From an uncultured Actinomycetes bacterium (GTDB lineage: Bacteria; Actinomycetota; Thermoleophilia; UBA2241): 64,000 nucleotides of DNA. Position 1 is the stretch's first letter; each line of letters opens with the position of its first letter. The stretch covers positions 531,510-595,509 of the forward strand of contig CAVXRL010000007.1 of assembly GCA_963764225.1 (NCBI GenBank). The letters are read 5' to 3'. The notes beneath the pieces were generated by a model. It searched no databases. It was not told where the DNA came from and saw only the letters and a list, made by a program, of their open reading frames with translations. Below, in pieces: positions 9,554-18,826 of the stretch. Both the position numbers and the translations under genes were made by a program.

Positions 9554-10561
9554 TCAATCGAACGCCCCCGCCGCCGCGCGGACGGCGGCCGTGACGATCC
9601 GGTCGGCGTTCTCCTTCTTGACGTGCACGCCGTCGTAGAACGCGTCCGGATCACCGTGGAAGCTCTCGATGCGGCTGTAGTCGAGCACCGCGATGCGGTA
9701 GTCGCGGGAGAGGAACCGCAGGAAGCGCAGCAGGCGCAGCCGGCGATCCTCCCAGGCCTGCTCGCCCATCGCCCGGATGACGTAGGGATGGGTGGGCATG
9801 ATCACCAGGACCGGCGTCACGCCGATGCTGTTGAAGAGCCCGAGCGTCATCGCGAAGTACTGCTGGTTGAGGCCCCAGGAGTCTCGCCGCTGCCCGGTGC
9901 CGTGGCGGTTGGCCAGCTGTGCGGCGACGTACTGTCGCAGGGACTGATCGAGCGTGCGGCCCTGCGACTCCAGGTAGTCGTACCAGTTGTTGGTCATCAG
10001 TCCGTTGGAGGCGAACTGGTCCGGAGACCAGAACAGCGGCAGGCCGAGCGCCACGTACGCGACCTGGTCGGGCACGGCCTCGTCGAGGAGCTTCTGCGGG
10101 AAGTAGCGCGCGAGACGCTTGTCCTGCAGCAGGCCCGGGTCGAGGACCTTCTGGTAGAAGACGGAGGGCTGGATCGCCCACAAGCAGTGGAGCTTGACCT
10201 TGGGCGCCCGCTCGAGGCAGGAGCAGGCGAGCGCCCACGCGTCGGTGGGGCGCCCGTTGGAGAAGGCCGCATTGAAGGTGCGCAGCCCCGTCTTGCGGCC
10301 CAGGAGGCTCGGGTCGAAGCGCGTGCCGCGCGACCCGCCGAACACGATGAGCTCCGGCGGGGCCTTCAGGTTGTCGATGAGGTCGAGCTTGTAGGTGCGA
10401 TCGGACGCGCGGTGGGCCGAGGCGGGCAGCGACGCCGGGGGCGTGGCGTGGGTGAGCGGGAGGTCCACGTGCCCGGCCGCGGGCGGGAACATGAGGATGA
10501 ACCCGACCGAGAGACGCGCGGCCAGCCTGCCGACCCGCCGTGAACCCCTGCGCCGGTCCAT
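9554..10561 (-). CDS. Hypothetical secreted protein (signal peptide, about 335 aa)
   Basis: Starts MDRRRGSRRVGRLAARLSVGFILMF...; hydrophobic N-terminus, no known domain. The track ORF over-extends the N-terminus. Confidence 0.55.
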   Translation of the reverse strand: MDRRRGSRRVGRLAARLSVGFILMFPPAAGHVDLPLTHATPPASLPASAHRASDRTYKLDLIDNLKAPPELIVFGGSRGTRFDPSLLGRKTGLRTFNAAFSNGRPTDAWALACSCLERAPKVKLHCLWAIQPSVFYQKVLDPGLLQDKRLARYFPQKLLDEAVPDQVAYVALGLPLFWSPDQFASNGLMTNNWYDYLESQGRTLDQSLRQYVAAQLANRHGTGQRRDSWGLNQQYFAMTLGLFNSIGVTPVLVIMPTHPYVIRAMGEQAWEDRRLRLLRFLRFLSRDYRIAVLDYSRIESFHGDPDAFYDGVHVKKENADRIVTAAVRAAAGAFD

Positions 10562-10744
10562 CCGCGCGCTCCCTCGAGTGTGGACTGTCTCCAGCGGCAG
10601 GATAGAGGCACGGCGGGGCGGGCGGCGGCAGCGCCGTTGACGAGGTAAGTAGGAGCGGGGTGACGACTGCGAGCCGTGACAGCGGGCCGTCACTCTCGGC
10701 GCTCCGGGGGAATGCGTGAAGTAGGCCACCGAGGAGGTGCTTCC

Positions 10745-10912
10745 ATGGGAGGCAAGACGGACGAGAGCAAGGGTCGCCTGGAGAAGGCCGCCGGAGAGTT
10801 GACCGGCGACGAGAAGCTCAAGCGAGAAGGAGACGTGGACAAGGCCAGCGGCAAGGTCAAGAAGACCACCGACAAGGTCGCGGACAAGGCCAAGGACACG
10901 CTGGACAAGTGA
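10745..10912 (+). CDS. CsbD-family general stress protein
   Basis: MGGKTDESKGRLEKAAGELTGDEKLKREGDVDKASGKVKK... is the CsbD signature. Confidence 0.7.
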   Translation: MGGKTDESKGRLEKAAGELTGDEKLKREGDVDKASGKVKKTTDKVADKAKDTLDK

Positions 10913-11036
10913 TCTGCCGCGAGCGCGGCAGTGGGTCGGGGCCCGGGGCGAGAGAGCGCCCCGGGCCCCGCAGTACGTGGGGCGAGCGCGGCGGCGATCC
11001 GGGAGCGCGGCCGGCCGCGGCCGGCCGGAAGGACCG

Positions 11037-11330
11037 TCAGGGCAACTGGTTCACGAGGCCGGCGAACTCCTCGGGCGTGAAGGCGCGGAGCGTCTGGGTC
11101 GTGACGTAGCCCTTGGCGGCGGTCGCCATCGACATGAGGGCCGCGAACTCGTCGCCCGGGCCTTCCGCCACCATCACGTAGTCGTAGGCGCCCATCGTGG
11201 CATGGAAGCTGAGCACCTTGCCGCCGGCGGCCTCTATCCCTTTGACGACCTCCTGGTACCGCGCCGGCCCGCCCTTGAGGTCGGCCAGCCCCTTCGCGGT
11301 CAGGTTCGAGAGTATGACGTACTGCGGCAT
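11037..11330 (-). CDS. GYD domain protein
   Basis: The 97-aa protein ending ...GAYDYVMVAEGPGDEFAALMSMATAAKGYV matches the GYD family. Confidence 0.7.
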   Translation of the reverse strand: MPQYVILSNLTAKGLADLKGGPARYQEVVKGIEAAGGKVLSFHATMGAYDYVMVAEGPGDEFAALMSMATAAKGYVTTQTLRAFTPEEFAGLVNQLP

Positions 11331-11584
11331 GGCGAACCTCCGTCGTAGCGGGGTCGCACCCCTGTGTGCGGCGCCCTCTCACGGAGTTCTAGCCCGGGCC
11401 GTGCAATCGGCAACCGTTGCGACCGAGCCGGCTTCTCCGAGAGAGTCCATCATCCAGGGGGCGGCAGGAGCGCGAGCACGGTGACCGCGAGCGGGGAGTC
11501 GAGCGCCGGGATCGTCGGCGCGGCGTCAACCCGCATGCCTCGATGCGTGGAGCGGCGGTCGGACGCCCTCTCCGTCCGTGCGGG

Positions 11585-11761
11585 CTACGAGCGGAACTGG
11601 ACGAACAAGAGGCCGAGCACCGCGAGACACAGGCCACCGAGTGCCCAGCCGACGGTGCCGAACGAAGGGACGCTGCGCGCCGTGGCGCTGTAGACCGAGT
11701 AGTGGCCGAACGCCGCCACGACGATCCCGGAGCCGACCATCAGCCAGCCGATCTTCCTCAC
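11585..11761 (-). CDS. Possible small membrane protein (58 aa, GTG start), not in the ORF track
   Basis: VRKIGWLMVGSGIVVAAFGHYSVYSATARSVPSFGTVGWALGGLCLAVLGLLFVQFRS-TAG, with two hydrophobic helices. Confidence 0.25.
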   Translation of the reverse strand: MRKIGWLMVGSGIVVAAFGHYSVYSATARSVPSFGTVGWALGGLCLAVLGLLFVQFRS

Positions 11762-11925
11762 GGCAGTTGCCTCGCCTCACCCTCCATGTCAGTACGCTAC
11801 GCCGCGGGCATGGAATCGCTGTTAACTCCCCGTGAAGGAATGCGAACCGGGAAGGTCCCTGGAGGACGTGGAGCAACCGGAGTACAACGGCCGGGAGCCG
11901 TATGCCGTTTGCAGGGAAAGCGGAG

Positions 11926-12001
11926 TGGAGCCGACGCGGGGAATCGAACCCCGGACCCCATCATTACGAGTGATGTGCTCTGCCAGCTGAGCTACGTCGG
12001 C
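11926..12001 (-). tRNA. tRNA-Thr (anticodon CGU)
   Basis: Cloverleaf: acceptor GCCGACG/CGTCGGC, D-arm GCTC/GAGC, anticodon stem CATCA/TGATG with loop CTCGTAA, T-arm CGGGG-TTCGATT-CCCCG, CCA encoded. Confidence 0.85.
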
Positions 12002-12207
12002 CCATGTGAAGCCTAGGCATTCTAGGTCACCTCGTCTGCGCACGCAAAACCGTGGGCGCCTTCTTCTTCATGCTCGCCGAACGCCGACTCGATGTTTTGA
12101 CGTCCGAAACACGCTAAACTGCTCCGCACTCCGTCGACGGAGCAGCGGCGACCTCGCCGCGCCGGGCCGATCCCAGCCGGGGGCCCGCAGGACGACCAAG
12201 GAGGACC

Positions 12208-12612
12208 ATGAGGAAGTCACTGCTCACGCTCACCGTTGTGATCCTGGCGCTCGCGGCCGCCGTGCTGGCCGTCGTCGGCTTCACGGCTCCGCGCACGAGC
12301 GCCACATCCTCGCTGTGCCACAGCACGACGCTGTCGATCAAGGCGCCCAGGACCGCGAAGGCCGGTACGACCGTCAAGGTGACCGGCAGGGAGGCGCGCG
12401 CGCCGGCGCACACGGTGAAGGCGACGCTGCAGTACAGGAAGGCGACGGCGACCAGGTGGAAGAACGGCGCCTCGGCCAACCTCTCGTCGAGCGGCGCCTA
12501 CTCCCTGAAGTGGAAGGCGCCGGCGAAGACCGGCAAGTACAAGCTGCGGGTGCGCGTGACGCACGTATCAGCCTCGAACAAGTCCGCGGTCAAGACGATC
12601 GCCGTCAAATAG
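12208..12612 (+). CDS. Hypothetical secreted protein (signal peptide, 134 aa)
   Basis: MRKSLLTLTVVILALAAAVLAVVG... signal peptide. Ends with a TAG stop. Confidence 0.5.
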   Translation: MRKSLLTLTVVILALAAAVLAVVGFTAPRTSATSSLCHSTTLSIKAPRTAKAGTTVKVTGREARAPAHTVKATLQYRKATATRWKNGASANLSSSGAYSLKWKAPAKTGKYKLRVRVTHVSASNKSAVKTIAVK

Positions 12613-12880
12613 GTCAAAGTCCTGCTCGCTTGCGGCCGGCGGCGCTCTCTCCGTGCTGGAGCGCCGCCGGCCTCGTTCGTGACGGGAGCCGCCGCCCGTT
12701 CTGTTCATGTGAATGCTCGCACATGGACTGATTGGCGTGCAGACGGCCCCTTTGCAGGCCCCGCAGGAGACCAGGCGCCCATTGTGGCCCTAGGGTGTCT
12801 GCCCTACCATCTACTCGTATGAAGTACCGGCGCCGAGGTGGGGGGGAACCTGCTTCCTGAGACCGGCCGAGGGGAGAACG

Positions 12881-13546
12881 GTGGAACGCGCAGCTGAGAT
12901 CCGCGTCCTGCTCGTCGACGATCACGCGATCGAGCGGCAGGGGGTACGGTCGCTGCTCGACGCGCAACCCGACATCCAGGTCGTCGCCGAGGCCGGCGAC
13001 GGTCTCGAAGCTCTTCCTCTCGTCTCCCAGTACCACCCTGACGTCGTCATCACCGAGACCATCATGCCGCGCATGAACGGGCTCGAGCTCACCGGGCAAC
13101 TGCTGCGCCGGTACCCCGACCTCAAGGTCCTCGTCCTCACCCGCAACGACCGCGAGGACTGCGTGCTGAGGCTGGTGCAGGCCGGTGCGGGGGGATACCT
13201 GCTCAAGACGGTGGACCGCGCCGACCTGCTGGCGGCGCTCCGCGCCGTCATGCGCGGGGGGCGTGTGCTGCAGCCGTCCGCGCTCGACTGCGTGATGGAG
13301 GACTACCTGCAGCGCGTGCGTGAGCCCTCCGCGCGCCGCTATGGGGTGGAGCTCACGGCCCGCGAGCGCGAGGTCCTCAAGCTCATCGCCGAGGGCAACA
13401 CCAACCAGGACATCGCCGACTTGCTGTGCCTCAGCCGCAAGACGGTGGAGACCCACCGCAGCAACATCATGGACAAGCTCAGCCTCCACAAGGTCACGGA
13501 CCTCGTCAGGTACGCCATCCGCGAGGGTCTGGTCGGGCTGGATTAG
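12881..13546 (+). CDS. NarL/LuxR-family two-component response regulator
   Basis: REC domain (VLLVDDH...ITETIMPRMNG) plus C-terminal LuxR HTH (LTAREREVLKLIAEGNTNQDIADLLCLSRKTVETHRSNIMDKL). TAG stop. Confidence 0.8.
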   Translation: MERAAEIRVLLVDDHAIERQGVRSLLDAQPDIQVVAEAGDGLEALPLVSQYHPDVVITETIMPRMNGLELTGQLLRRYPDLKVLVLTRNDREDCVLRLVQAGAGGYLLKTVDRADLLAALRAVMRGGRVLQPSALDCVMEDYLQRVREPSARRYGVELTAREREVLKLIAEGNTNQDIADLLCLSRKTVETHRSNIMDKLSLHKVTDLVRYAIREGLVGLD

Positions 13547-13720
13547 GTCGTCCCGTCGCGGCGGGGAGGAGTGCTTCGGGCTGCCGGGGAGCCGATCCTG
13601 GATGGAGTGGCGGCGCCTCGTTCGCCCGCATTTGTGACACGATTCACCCAGAGGGATTATTATTGACGCAGTGAACGAAGGCTTGGGAGAGAAGAGAGTG
13701 GCGCTCACCTGGGTGACGGC

Positions 13721-14596
13721 ATGACCGAGGTCGGCATCGTCGCGGTCGTCAACCACGGGTTGCCGGAGCTGCGCACTGCGCTCCGGACCATCCGCGAGAC
13801 CGCTCCGCCCGAGGCGCAGCTGGCCGTGATCGCCCTCGACCTGGGGGACCATGAGGGCACCTACCTGCTGCGCCAGTACCTGCGCGGGCGCATCCACGCG
13901 GTGCAGTTCGACCACCGGCAGGACCACGGCTGCCACTGCGGCCTGGACCGCTCCGCACGCCTGGTGCGCGGCGACTACGTGGCGCGCGTCGACGACACGC
14001 TCCAGTTGAAGCCGGGCTGGGCAGAGAAGGCGGTCGCGGCGCTGGAGGCGGACCCGGGCATCGGCTGTCTCTCCCTCGTCCCCCCGAGCGACTATCAGCG
14101 AGGCCGCGGACGGCCGCGGACGGTGAACGTGGAGCCGATCGAGGTCGACCACCTCGACATGCGCTGCTTCGTGGTCCGGCGCGAGCTCCTGGCGCGGATC
14201 GGGTGCGGGGTCGCGGCCGGCCGGGAGGACGGCTGCGGGTTCCAGGAGGCGGTGCGCGCTCAGGGGCTCCGCCTCGCCTTCCTGCCGGGGCAGGCAAGCC
14301 CGCTCCGCAGCGTGGAGGTGCCGGCGGAGTACGACATCTGGCCGCTCGAAGAGGAGTTGCCGCCTCACGAAGGAGCGAGCGGCGCGCTCCAGCGTCTCGA
14401 GCAGGCGTATCAGCTCGGTGACGACGTGCTGCTCACGTGTCTCTCGTGCGGCGGCACGGAGCTCGAGACCATCGCCGCCCGCATCCGCTTCTGCGAGCGG
14501 CATCAGGTCGCCACCGGCTTCTGGTACGAGCTGCGCTGCCCCGAGTGCGGCGAGCTCCTCTACAAGGACGACTACCAGTTCCGGTGCCCCGACTGA
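13721..14596 (+). CDS. Glycosyltransferase family 2-like protein with C-terminal Cys-pair (zinc-ribbon-like) region
   Basis: N-terminus resembles a GT2 fold. C-terminus has CLSCGG...CERH and CPECG...CPD motifs. Confidence 0.45.
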   Translation: MTEVGIVAVVNHGLPELRTALRTIRETAPPEAQLAVIALDLGDHEGTYLLRQYLRGRIHAVQFDHRQDHGCHCGLDRSARLVRGDYVARVDDTLQLKPGWAEKAVAALEADPGIGCLSLVPPSDYQRGRGRPRTVNVEPIEVDHLDMRCFVVRRELLARIGCGVAAGREDGCGFQEAVRAQGLRLAFLPGQASPLRSVEVPAEYDIWPLEEELPPHEGASGALQRLEQAYQLGDDVLLTCLSCGGTELETIAARIRFCERHQVATGFWYELRCPECGELLYKDDYQFRCPD

Positions 14597-14687
14597 CCTC
14601 CTCCGCGATCAGCCGAGCGCTCCGCTACTTCGCCGCTTGATCTCGACACCAAGGCTCAGAGCCTGGCATGCCACGACGTGGGCCTCC

Positions 14688-15161
14688 TCAGAACGGCTTG
14701 GCGCTCATCGCCCACACGGTGACCGTCCAGGCCACGACGGCAATGCCGAGCGCCAGGGAGGCCGCAGCCGCCAGCCGACGGCTTCGGCGCCGCGCCGACA
14801 GCCAAATCAGCACCGTCCCCGCGATCAGCAGCAAGAAGCCGCCATCGGACGTGACGTAGCCGAGTACGACCCAGCCGGGATCCGAAGCGCCGTCTCCGAA
14901 CTCGCGCGAGCGGACCAGTTCGGCGCCGACGCGCATGACCACGTAGGAGGGAAGCGTCGCGAGCAGCAGGACGCGGAAGGCGAGGCGCCGCGACCAGACC
15001 GCCACGTCCGGACCGGAGAGAACCGCGATGTACGCCGCGGCCGCGGCTGCGCCGATGAGGGCGGCGGCGCCCGCTACGTGCAGGAGCAGAGGCAGGGCCA
15101 GATCGCCCGGCCGTCCGGCGGCGACCAGGGCGAAGAGGGCCGAGAGGATATCGGGCATCAT
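14688..15161 (-). CDS. Hypothetical integral membrane protein
   Basis: Several hydrophobic helices. Start MMPDILSALFAL overlaps the upstream stop (ATGA). Confidence 0.5.
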   Translation of the reverse strand: MMPDILSALFALVAAGRPGDLALPLLLHVAGAAALIGAAAAAAYIAVLSGPDVAVWSRRLAFRVLLLATLPSYVVMRVGAELVRSREFGDGASDPGWVVLGYVTSDGGFLLLIAGTVLIWLSARRRSRRLAAAASLALGIAVVAWTVTVWAMSAKPF

Positions 15162-15649
15162 GCGCCCGGCCTCCAGATCATGAGGGCGAACTCGGCGACG
15201 GTCGCTGCAGCCGCGCCAAGCTCCAGCCAAAGGAGGCCTCTGACATGCGGTACCGGTAGTCCCGTGTCGGCGGCTTTGCCCGTCATGCGCCTGAGACGCG
15301 AGATCCCCATGTCACTGAGGCCTCCGATCACCAGCCACAGCAGGATGGCAGCGATGACCCAGGTGTCCAGGAGCGAATAGGCGTCGCGCGTGAGCACCAG
15401 CCAGAGGCCGAGCACGAGCGTTGCCGCCACCCCCAAGCGAAGCACGGCGGCGGACACACGGACGAGGCCAGCGAGCGCGGGCATCGTCGCCGAGTCGCCG
15501 GACGTGATGGCTGCAGCGATCACCAATGCCGTCACCGGTGCGCCGACAGCGAACGCGGCGAGGACGTGCAGCGAAAGGAGCCAGCCGGCGCCGCTCACGG
15601 CGGTCAAGATCATGGATGCGATCCCTGGCGTGTCGACACGTTCGACCAC
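15158..15649 (-). CDS. Hypothetical integral membrane protein
   Basis: Four or more predicted transmembrane helices. Confidence 0.5.
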   Translation of the reverse strand: MVERVDTPGIASMILTAVSGAGWLLSLHVLAAFAVGAPVTALVIAAAITSGDSATMPALAGLVRVSAAVLRLGVAATLVLGLWLVLTRDAYSLLDTWVIAAILLWLVIGGLSDMGISRLRRMTGKAADTGLPVPHVRGLLWLELGAAAATVAEFALMIWRPGA

Positions 15650-15744
15650 CTTTCTCTGCGTGGGGTCTTCCCTCTGTGCAGTGAGCAGGTGCGCCGTGCG
15701 TCGACACGCGCGCGGGTCGAGAAACGAGAGGGGGAAGAGGAAGC

Positions 15745-15820
15745 TGGAGCCCGGTCGCGGATTCGAACCGCGGACCCCCTCCTTACCATGGAGGTGCTCT
15801 GCCAGCTGAGCTAACCGGGC
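15745..15820 (-). tRNA. tRNA-Thr (anticodon GGU)
   Basis: Acceptor GCCCGGT/ACCGGGC, anticodon stem CCTCC/GGAGG with loop ATGGTAA, T-loop TTCGAAT, CCA encoded. Confidence 0.85.
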
Positions 15821-15821
15821 T

Positions 15822-15906
15822 TGGTGGGGGAGCTAGGATTTGAACCTAGGTAGGCTGCGCCAACGGATTTACAGTCCGCCCCCTTTAACCACTCGGGCAC
15901 TCCCCC
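15822..15906 (-). tRNA. tRNA-Tyr (anticodon GUA), long variable arm
   Basis: GGGGGAG...CGGAC-TGTAAAT-CCGTT...long variable arm...CTAGG-TTCAAAT-CCTAG-CTCCCCC-A-CCA. Lies 1 nt from tRNA-Thr. Confidence 0.85.
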
Positions 15907-16000
15907 GGGAGCCGTGGAATCGTAGCCCAAAGCCGGAGCGCTTTCAACCGCGGTGGAGGCGGTCAGCGGGGAGGTCGTCCGAGGCCTGAGAAGAAGACAG

Positions 16001-16029
16001 CCGGGGTCGTCAGGGGATGACGACCCCGG
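16001..16029. terminator. Perfect 12-bp stem hairpin CCGGGGTCGTCA-ggggA-TGACGACCCCGG; T-rich tract follows on the minus strand (possible minus-strand intrinsic terminator)
   Basis: Seen directly. Lies in the 486-bp non-coding gap between tRNA-Tyr and tRNA-Met. Confidence 0.35.
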
Positions 16030-16392
16030 CCGGAAAGGTTGTGCCGCCCGGCCAGGGGAAGCGGGCGGGCACAGTGACTCGCAGTGTCATCATGCCGCCG
16101 TCGGCTGGAGGGGGATCCAGGTCCGGGGCGCTTGTGATGACAAGCGCATTCTACCCGAAATACGGACACACGCAACCGCTTCGTGGACGAATCGCTCCGG
16201 GCGGTTTGTACCCTTTGTCCTGCTTTTTCCGCCATGCGGACAGCGGCTCGCGGAGGCGCGGATCGAGACCCGGACCGAGGCGCGATCGAGGCGCGGATCA
16301 AGGCGCCGATGGAGGCGCAGGATGACCTCTGCGCGTCTCCTTGGCGCGGATTGAGCACCCTTTGGGCCTGTGGTACCGTAAGCATCCGCCGT

Positions 16393-16469
16393 GGCGGCGT
16401 AGCTCAGCTGGTCAGAGCAGCGGAATCATAATCCGCGTGTCGTAGGTTCGAGTCCTACCGCCGCTACCA
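16393..16469 (+). tRNA. tRNA-Met (anticodon CAU); elongator Met or possibly Ile2 precursor
   Basis: GGCGGCG-TA-GCTC...GAGC-A-GCGGA-ATCATAA-TCCGC...GTAGG-TTCGAGT-CCTAC-CGCCGCT-A-CCA. Confidence 0.85.
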
Positions 16470-16544
16470 GCACTCATCCCTTCGGTCGCCGGCCTGTCGA
16501 GTGGAGGGCAGGCGGACGAGCTGCCGACTTCGTCTCCGTCCTGG

Positions 16545-16724
16545 TCACGCGGGACTCCATGCGCAGGCCTGGACCGGATCCGCGGGCAGCGACCATTCGG
16601 TCTTTCGCGATCCCACAGGCGCTTCGCTGCCCTCGGCCCGGACGTCCTGCTCGTCCGCGGACTCGCTCAAGCTCATCTCCTCCATGCGCTCCAACGCTCG
16701 CCAGAACTCGATACACATCACGCT
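16545..16724 (-). CDS. Possible small hypothetical protein (about 58 aa from MCIEFWRALERMEEM...)
   Basis: GC3-rich codon usage only. No homology recognised. Confidence 0.2.
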   Translation of the reverse strand, partial: SVMCIEFWRALERMEEMSLSESADEQDVRAEGSEAPVGSRKTEWSLPADPVQACAWSPA

Positions 16725-17094
16725 CACCTCTTGACGCTCAAAGGCGGATCGCCTCTCCGCAGCCCGGGGGCCACCCAACTGCTTTCCGGGTTCCCGGGTC
16801 CTGCCCACGGAAACACCCCGCCGTGGGGCGCCCGGACGGGAAGGCGCTCGTCCTCGGGCGCGATGACGGCGGACGGACGACGACGGCGTCCCCTCATCGT
16901 GAACTCCGACGGTAGCGGCCTCTAGTGTGATGCGAGAGGCGGTGAGGAGGGAGCCGCAGCGGTTGCCGGAGTGAAGTGCCAGCCGTCCAGAGGGGGCCTC
17001 GTTTGCCACAGCACTTCAACGGGAAAGTAACTTTTCGTCCGAGATACCTCACCGTCGTCGTGTGGCGGAACGCGAAGCTGAGAGGGGTCCCACC

Positions 17095-17397
17095 ATGAAG
17101 AAGACCTTGATCGTGATGTCGGTCGTAGCCTTGGTCCTGGCCGTCATGGCCGTGCCGGTACTGGCGGCGCCAGGCGGCGCGCCGGCGGCGCACGGCGTCG
17201 ACGGCAAGACTTTCGGCGCGGCCGTGAGCGGGCTTGCTCAGAGCTCGCCCGGCGCCGTAGCCGCGCACGTGAGCGGCGGCAACTCCGGCGGCATGCCCGC
17301 CGCGCACGGACTCTCCGGCGCTGACTTCGGCGCCGCAGTCAGCGGCCTCGCGCAGAGCGCCCCGGGAGCCGTTGCAGCTCACGTCTCCGGCAAGTAG
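17095..17397 (+). CDS. Small secreted repeat protein (two copies of about 30 aa: FGAAVSGLAQS-PGAVAAHVSG)
   Basis: Signal peptide MKKTLIVMSVVALVLAVMAVPVLAAPG, then an internal tandem repeat. Confidence 0.5.
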   Translation: MKKTLIVMSVVALVLAVMAVPVLAAPGGAPAAHGVDGKTFGAAVSGLAQSSPGAVAAHVSGGNSGGMPAAHGLSGADFGAAVSGLAQSAPGAVAAHVSGK

Positions 17398-17522
17398 AAG
17401 CTGACGCGATCAGCGTAACGTCCACGGGGGGGCGGTCCCGGTCTTGGCCGGGACCGCCCCCCCGTCACTCGTGCTCCTGCTCGTGCCGCGGGTCCAGCTA
17501 CCGCGGCGCCGTCTCAACGATC

Positions 17523-18506
17523 TCAGTGAGCCGGTTGCGGCATGATCGCGCGGTCGCTGAGGGTCTTCATGAAGGCGACGAGCGCCAGCTCCTCGCGCTT
17601 CGTCAGGCCGAGGTCACCGAGCTCGTCCGTGTTGACGGTCTCGGGCACTTCAGGCGCCGCCCAGCCTGCTCCCGCGACGTCGCGCGTGTTGTAGAAGTGC
17701 ACGATGTCGTAGAGCGTCGCGAAGTAGCCATTGTGGCCGTAGGGGCGGTTCCTGGCGACGTTGCGCAGCGTCGGCACCTTGAACTTGCCCATCTCGGCCA
17801 TCCAGACGGCGTCGTCGTACCCTGCCGCGTAGAGGAAGCCGCCGAGACCGAGGTCCACGTCGCTGCTCCCAGTCAGCGCTGCGATCGTGGGGTTCGCCGG
17901 GAGGCCGAGGTTGTCGTAGGTGTGGTCGGTGAACAGCGCTTTGCCCGCGGCGATGCCGGTCGAGTCCCTCGAGGGCTCGCTCAGGTGGCACAGGTTGCAC
18001 TTGGCCTTGCCGTTGAAGAGCTTGAGCCCCAGCTTCTGCTGCGCCGTGAGCGCGTCCCTCTGGCCCGCCATATACGAATCGAAGCGCGAGTTGAAGCGGT
18101 TGACGGAACTGGACGACTCGTAGGCGGCGATGGCGAGGGCCATGTCGTCGTAGGCTTGATCGACATCAGTCCAGTCCGTGTGCGGGAAGACCTGGAGGAA
18201 GAGGTCGGCGTAGTCGCTGGCGCCGATGTCCCGGATGACCTCGGCCTTGCTCGCGTTGTGCATCTCGACGGGGTTCAGGAAGGGACCTTGGGCCTGCTCG
18301 GCGAGCGGCGATCCGAGCGTCCAGCCGGTGGCGCGGCCGTCCCAGAACATGCCGCCGATCCAGAGGCCCTCCGCTTCGTCGAAGTACAAAATCGGGCTCC
18401 AGGCGGTGTAGGCCCAGGACGGACAGGATTGAGTAGCCCGTTCGGACAACGCCCCGCCGGGTCGGCCTGCCGCCGGCCCGGCGGGCGGCAACGGCCCGAA
18501 CCCCAC
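17523..18506 (-). CDS. Cytochrome c peroxidase (CCP/MauG) family protein; only the second haem motif (CNLCH) is in frame, so the 5' region is possibly frameshifted
   Basis: ...FNGKAKCNLCHLSEP...PTLRNVARNRPYGHNGYFATLYDIVHFYN matches the CCP C-terminal haem domain. Confidence 0.6.
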   Translation of the reverse strand: MGFGPLPPAGPAAGRPGGALSERATQSCPSWAYTAWSPILYFDEAEGLWIGGMFWDGRATGWTLGSPLAEQAQGPFLNPVEMHNASKAEVIRDIGASDYADLFLQVFPHTDWTDVDQAYDDMALAIAAYESSSSVNRFNSRFDSYMAGQRDALTAQQKLGLKLFNGKAKCNLCHLSEPSRDSTGIAAGKALFTDHTYDNLGLPANPTIAALTGSSDVDLGLGGFLYAAGYDDAVWMAEMGKFKVPTLRNVARNRPYGHNGYFATLYDIVHFYNTRDVAGAGWAAPEVPETVNTDELGDLGLTKREELALVAFMKTLSDRAIMPQPAH

Positions 18507-18550
18507 GAGCCCCTCCGCTCGGGGTAGGAACGGTCCGTGAGAGGAGGGCC

Positions 18551-18826
18551 ATGATGAGTGATCTGCTGTCCCTGAACGAGGTGCGCAGCCTCCAGCGTCC
18601 GGCGCTGTTCATCGACTTCGGAGAGAAGCTGCTGTACCACGACGAGCGGTTGTTCGACCTGACGCCCGAAGCCCCCGGCAGGCCTCCCGACTACTCACCG
18701 GTCATGCTGCCCGCGCAGGTGCTCGACTTGGGGGTCGGCATCGAGTTCGGTTGGCGCCACCTGGCGGAGTGCGACTGCGACCACTGCCGCTCCCTGCGCG
18801 CCCGCCGCGGGCGGCACGCCGCCTGA
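18551..18826 (+). CDS. Hypothetical protein (91 aa) with CDCDHC motif
   Basis: Strong RBS GAGGAGGG lies 4 nt before ATGATG. GC3-rich codon usage. Confidence 0.45.
   Translation: MMSDLLSLNEVRSLQRPALFIDFGEKLLYHDERLFDLTPEAPGRPPDYSPVMLPAQVLDLGVGIEFGWRHLAECDCDHCRSLRARRGRHAA

Noticed and set aside
7903-10543. Long plus-strand ORFs 7903..9489 and 9173..10543
   Set aside because: Antisense shadows of the aldolase and secreted-protein genes; no domains, biased composition.
12610-13546. TAG stop codons of ORFs 12208..12612 and 12881..13546 as additional Pyl read-through sites
   Set aside because: Both proteins are complete at the TAG (full domain content). Downstream in-frame sequence has no homology and hits stops soon after. 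Treated as ordinary stops. TGA is the dominant stop here, as expected for high GC.
12614-14503. 629-aa minus-strand ORF
   Set aside because: Antisense to the LuxR regulator and GT2-like genes, which have clear domain content; shadow ORF.
15907-16392. Possible RNase P RNA, tmRNA or SRP RNA between the tRNA genes
   Set aside because: Conserved elements looked for and not found (P4 GGAAAGUCCGGGCUCC; tmRNA tRNA-like 3' end; SRP domain IV GGUCAGGUCCGGAAGG). Kept only as an unexplained hairpin-containing gap.
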